Shown here in pieces: positions 31,826-32,833 of a DNA stretch of 32,833 nt. A program made the position numbers and the translations under genes. Location: the NCBI GenBank assembly GCA_024643915.1, contig JAHEMB010000001.1, positions 1-32,833 on the forward strand, given 5' to 3'. This DNA is from Rhodothermaceae bacterium. GTDB taxonomy: Bacteria > Bacteroidota > Rhodothermia > Rhodothermales > JAHEMB01. Under the pieces are notes generated by a model. It was not told the origin of the DNA and did not search any database. It worked only from the letters and a program-made list of their open reading frames with translations. Each line of letters begins with the position of its first letter. Within the stretch, counting starts at the first letter, position 1.

Positions 31826-32151
31826 CGGCGCCGAGAAGGGAAAGCGTCTGGAAGCGCCAGGAGGTACGCTCCTGCCCGTTTGCGCCCACGGAAACGAAGC
31901 GCAGGGTGCGGGCGTCGAAGGCCAGGAGCAGCCAAAAGTTGAGGCGGGGGCTTTCCCTGATTGCCGCTTTTGTCGTACCTTGCCGGGGCGGTTAACGGGT
32001 GGTTCCGCGTTGTTTTTGGGTGAGGACAAACAGAAAAAGGTGACGCCTTCCCAGCACGTCGCGTTAACATAGGGAACGTCAGACCGGTGGCGCAGCCGCG
32101 CGGAGACTTCGTACGCGGTGTTTTGTTCGTCCGCAGTCGGTGGGGGGCGTC

Positions 32152-32652
32152 ATGAAAGGGCACGTGCTCGTTCTCAACCAGGATTACAGCGCGCTGACGA
32201 TCTGTAGCGTGCAGCGGGCCGTCGTGCTCGTTTTGCTCCGGAAAGCGGAGCTGGTCGAGGCCCATCCGGAGCGGTTCGTGCGCTCGCCTAGTGCGCGGTT
32301 CCCCTGGCCCAGCATCGTTCGGTTGAAGATGTACGCGCGGGTGCCGTACAAGCGCATCCTGCTCTCGCGCAAAAATATCCTGCGGCGCGACCGCTTTCGG
32401 TGCCAGTATTGCGGCAGCCGCGACCGTCTCACGGTCGATCACGTCCTGCCCAAGTCGCGCGGCGGCCTCGACACGTGGGAGAACCTGGTGGCGGCCTGCA
32501 CCGTGTGCAACAACCGGAAAGGTAACCACACCCCCGAGGAGGCAAGGATGCGCCTCCGCCGCAAACCATTTCGCCCAAGCCACGTTATGTTCATCCGCGA
32601 CCTAATTGGGACGGTGGACGAGACGTGGAAGCCGTATCTGTTTTTGCATTAG
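32152..32652 (+). CDS. Small HNH endonuclease
   Basis: The ORF-track start 32140 is GTG. ATG 32152 gives MKGHVLVLNQDYSALTICSVQRAVVL. HNH core CQYCGSRDRLTVDHVLPKSRGGLDTWENLVAACTVCNNRKGNHTPEEA. Confidence 0.85.
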   Translation: MKGHVLVLNQDYSALTICSVQRAVVLVLLRKAELVEAHPERFVRSPSARFPWPSIVRLKMYARVPYKRILLSRKNILRRDRFRCQYCGSRDRLTVDHVLPKSRGGLDTWENLVAACTVCNNRKGNHTPEEARMRLRRKPFRPSHVMFIRDLIGTVDETWKPYLFLH

Positions 32653-32705
32653 CTTTCAGCCGTCAGCGATCAGCTTTTTTGTTTTTTGGCTGACGGCTGA
32701 AAGCT
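32651..32705. terminator. Perfect 17-bp hairpin with T-rich 21-nt loop, overlapping the HNH stop codon
   Basis: AGCTTTCAGCCGTCAGC (32651-32667) and GCTGACGGCTGAAAGCT (32689-32705) are exact reverse complements. The loop is GATCAGCTTTTTTGTTTTTTG. No T tract follows the stem on either strand, so it is not a canonical intrinsic terminator. Confidence 0.5.
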
Positions 32706-32762
32706 GACCGCTTCCCCCTCCCGGTTCGTCGCCCTTTCCTCAGCACGGACCTTTTCTCTGCG

Positions 32763-32833
32763 ATGATAAAGAACGCGAGCCAAGTGGTGGCCCGGCTGCT
32801 CTGGATCTTCCCGGCGCTCCTGCTTTTCCTGAC
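32763..32833 (+). CDS. Possible 5' end of a gene encoding a protein with a hydrophobic N-terminus (truncated by the window)
   Basis: ATG 32763 followed by an open frame to the window end: MIKNASQVVARLLWIFPALLLFL. Only 23 codons are visible. Confidence 0.3.
   Translation, partial: MIKNASQVVARLLWIFPALLLFL

Noticed and set aside
32152-32652. Interpreting the HNH gene plus its neighbours as a defence island or mobile element.
   Set aside because: No integrase, transposase, tRNA attachment site, ATPase partner (such as Septu PtuA) or methylase is visible. This ~165-aa HNH type is, as far as I recall, a widespread stand-alone chromosomal gene. The idea is kept only as a low-weight part of the HD-TM finding.
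1-32833. Search for rRNA, tRNA, tmRNA, RNase P, known riboswitches and IS elements.
   Set aside because: No tRNA-like T-loop (GGTTCGAATCC-type) with acceptor pairing, no rRNA-like conserved stretches, no terminal inverted repeats flanking a transposase-like ORF, and no riboswitch cores I can recognise by eye. An Infernal/Rfam scan would be needed for certainty.

Overview
GC-rich bacterial chromosomal segment. No homology search was possible, so every product call rests on motifs I recognise in the translated ORFs and on gene order.

About two thirds of the window (1-16749, minus strand) is one large flagellar cluster in Bacillus/spirochaete-like order. Read in transcription order it is flgB-flgC-(95-aa ORF)-fliE-fliF-fliG-fliH-fliI-fliJ-(YlxF/MgtE-N-like)-fliK-flgD-(flagellar operon protein)-flgE | motA-motB-fliL-fliM-fliN-fliO'. 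fliO runs off the left edge, is missing from the ORF track, and was translated by hand.

Divergent from flgB lies a sensor-less histidine kinase plus an NtrC-type sigma-54 activator (17069-19354, plus strand). A late flagellar block follows on the minus strand: fliC alone, then fliS-fliD-(FlgN/FliT-like ORF)-flgM.

The right third (23757-32833) is non-flagellar:
- an 817-aa GAF-type protein;
- a 1275-aa lipoprotein combining a metallophosphoesterase, a kinase-like middle region and an Omp85-type barrel;
- an HD domain fused to a Pycsar-effector-like (DUF5706-like) membrane domain;
- a small HNH endonuclease;
- the first 23 codons of another gene.

The last three protein families and the gene content suggest a Rhodothermus/Salinibacter-like Bacteroidota relative. 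That is inference only.

Regulatory signals visible in the sequence:
- two near-identical sigma-28-type promoters (ATTTAAGG-N13-AACGATACAGGC) in front of fliC and fliS;
- a very good sigma-54 -24/-12 element in front of motA;
- a weaker sigma-54-like element in front of flgB.

The most unusual observation is non-coding. Almost every intergenic spacer is built from degenerate 7-nt or 8-nt words repeated in tandem, usually as two inverted arrays that form long imperfect palindromes. These lie at 4438-4580, 11372-11455, 15029-15139, 26221-26360 and 32651-32713. One-sided arrays lie at 15520-15547, 16385-16405 and 23624-23687.

I found no rRNA, tRNA, CRISPR array, transposase or integrase.
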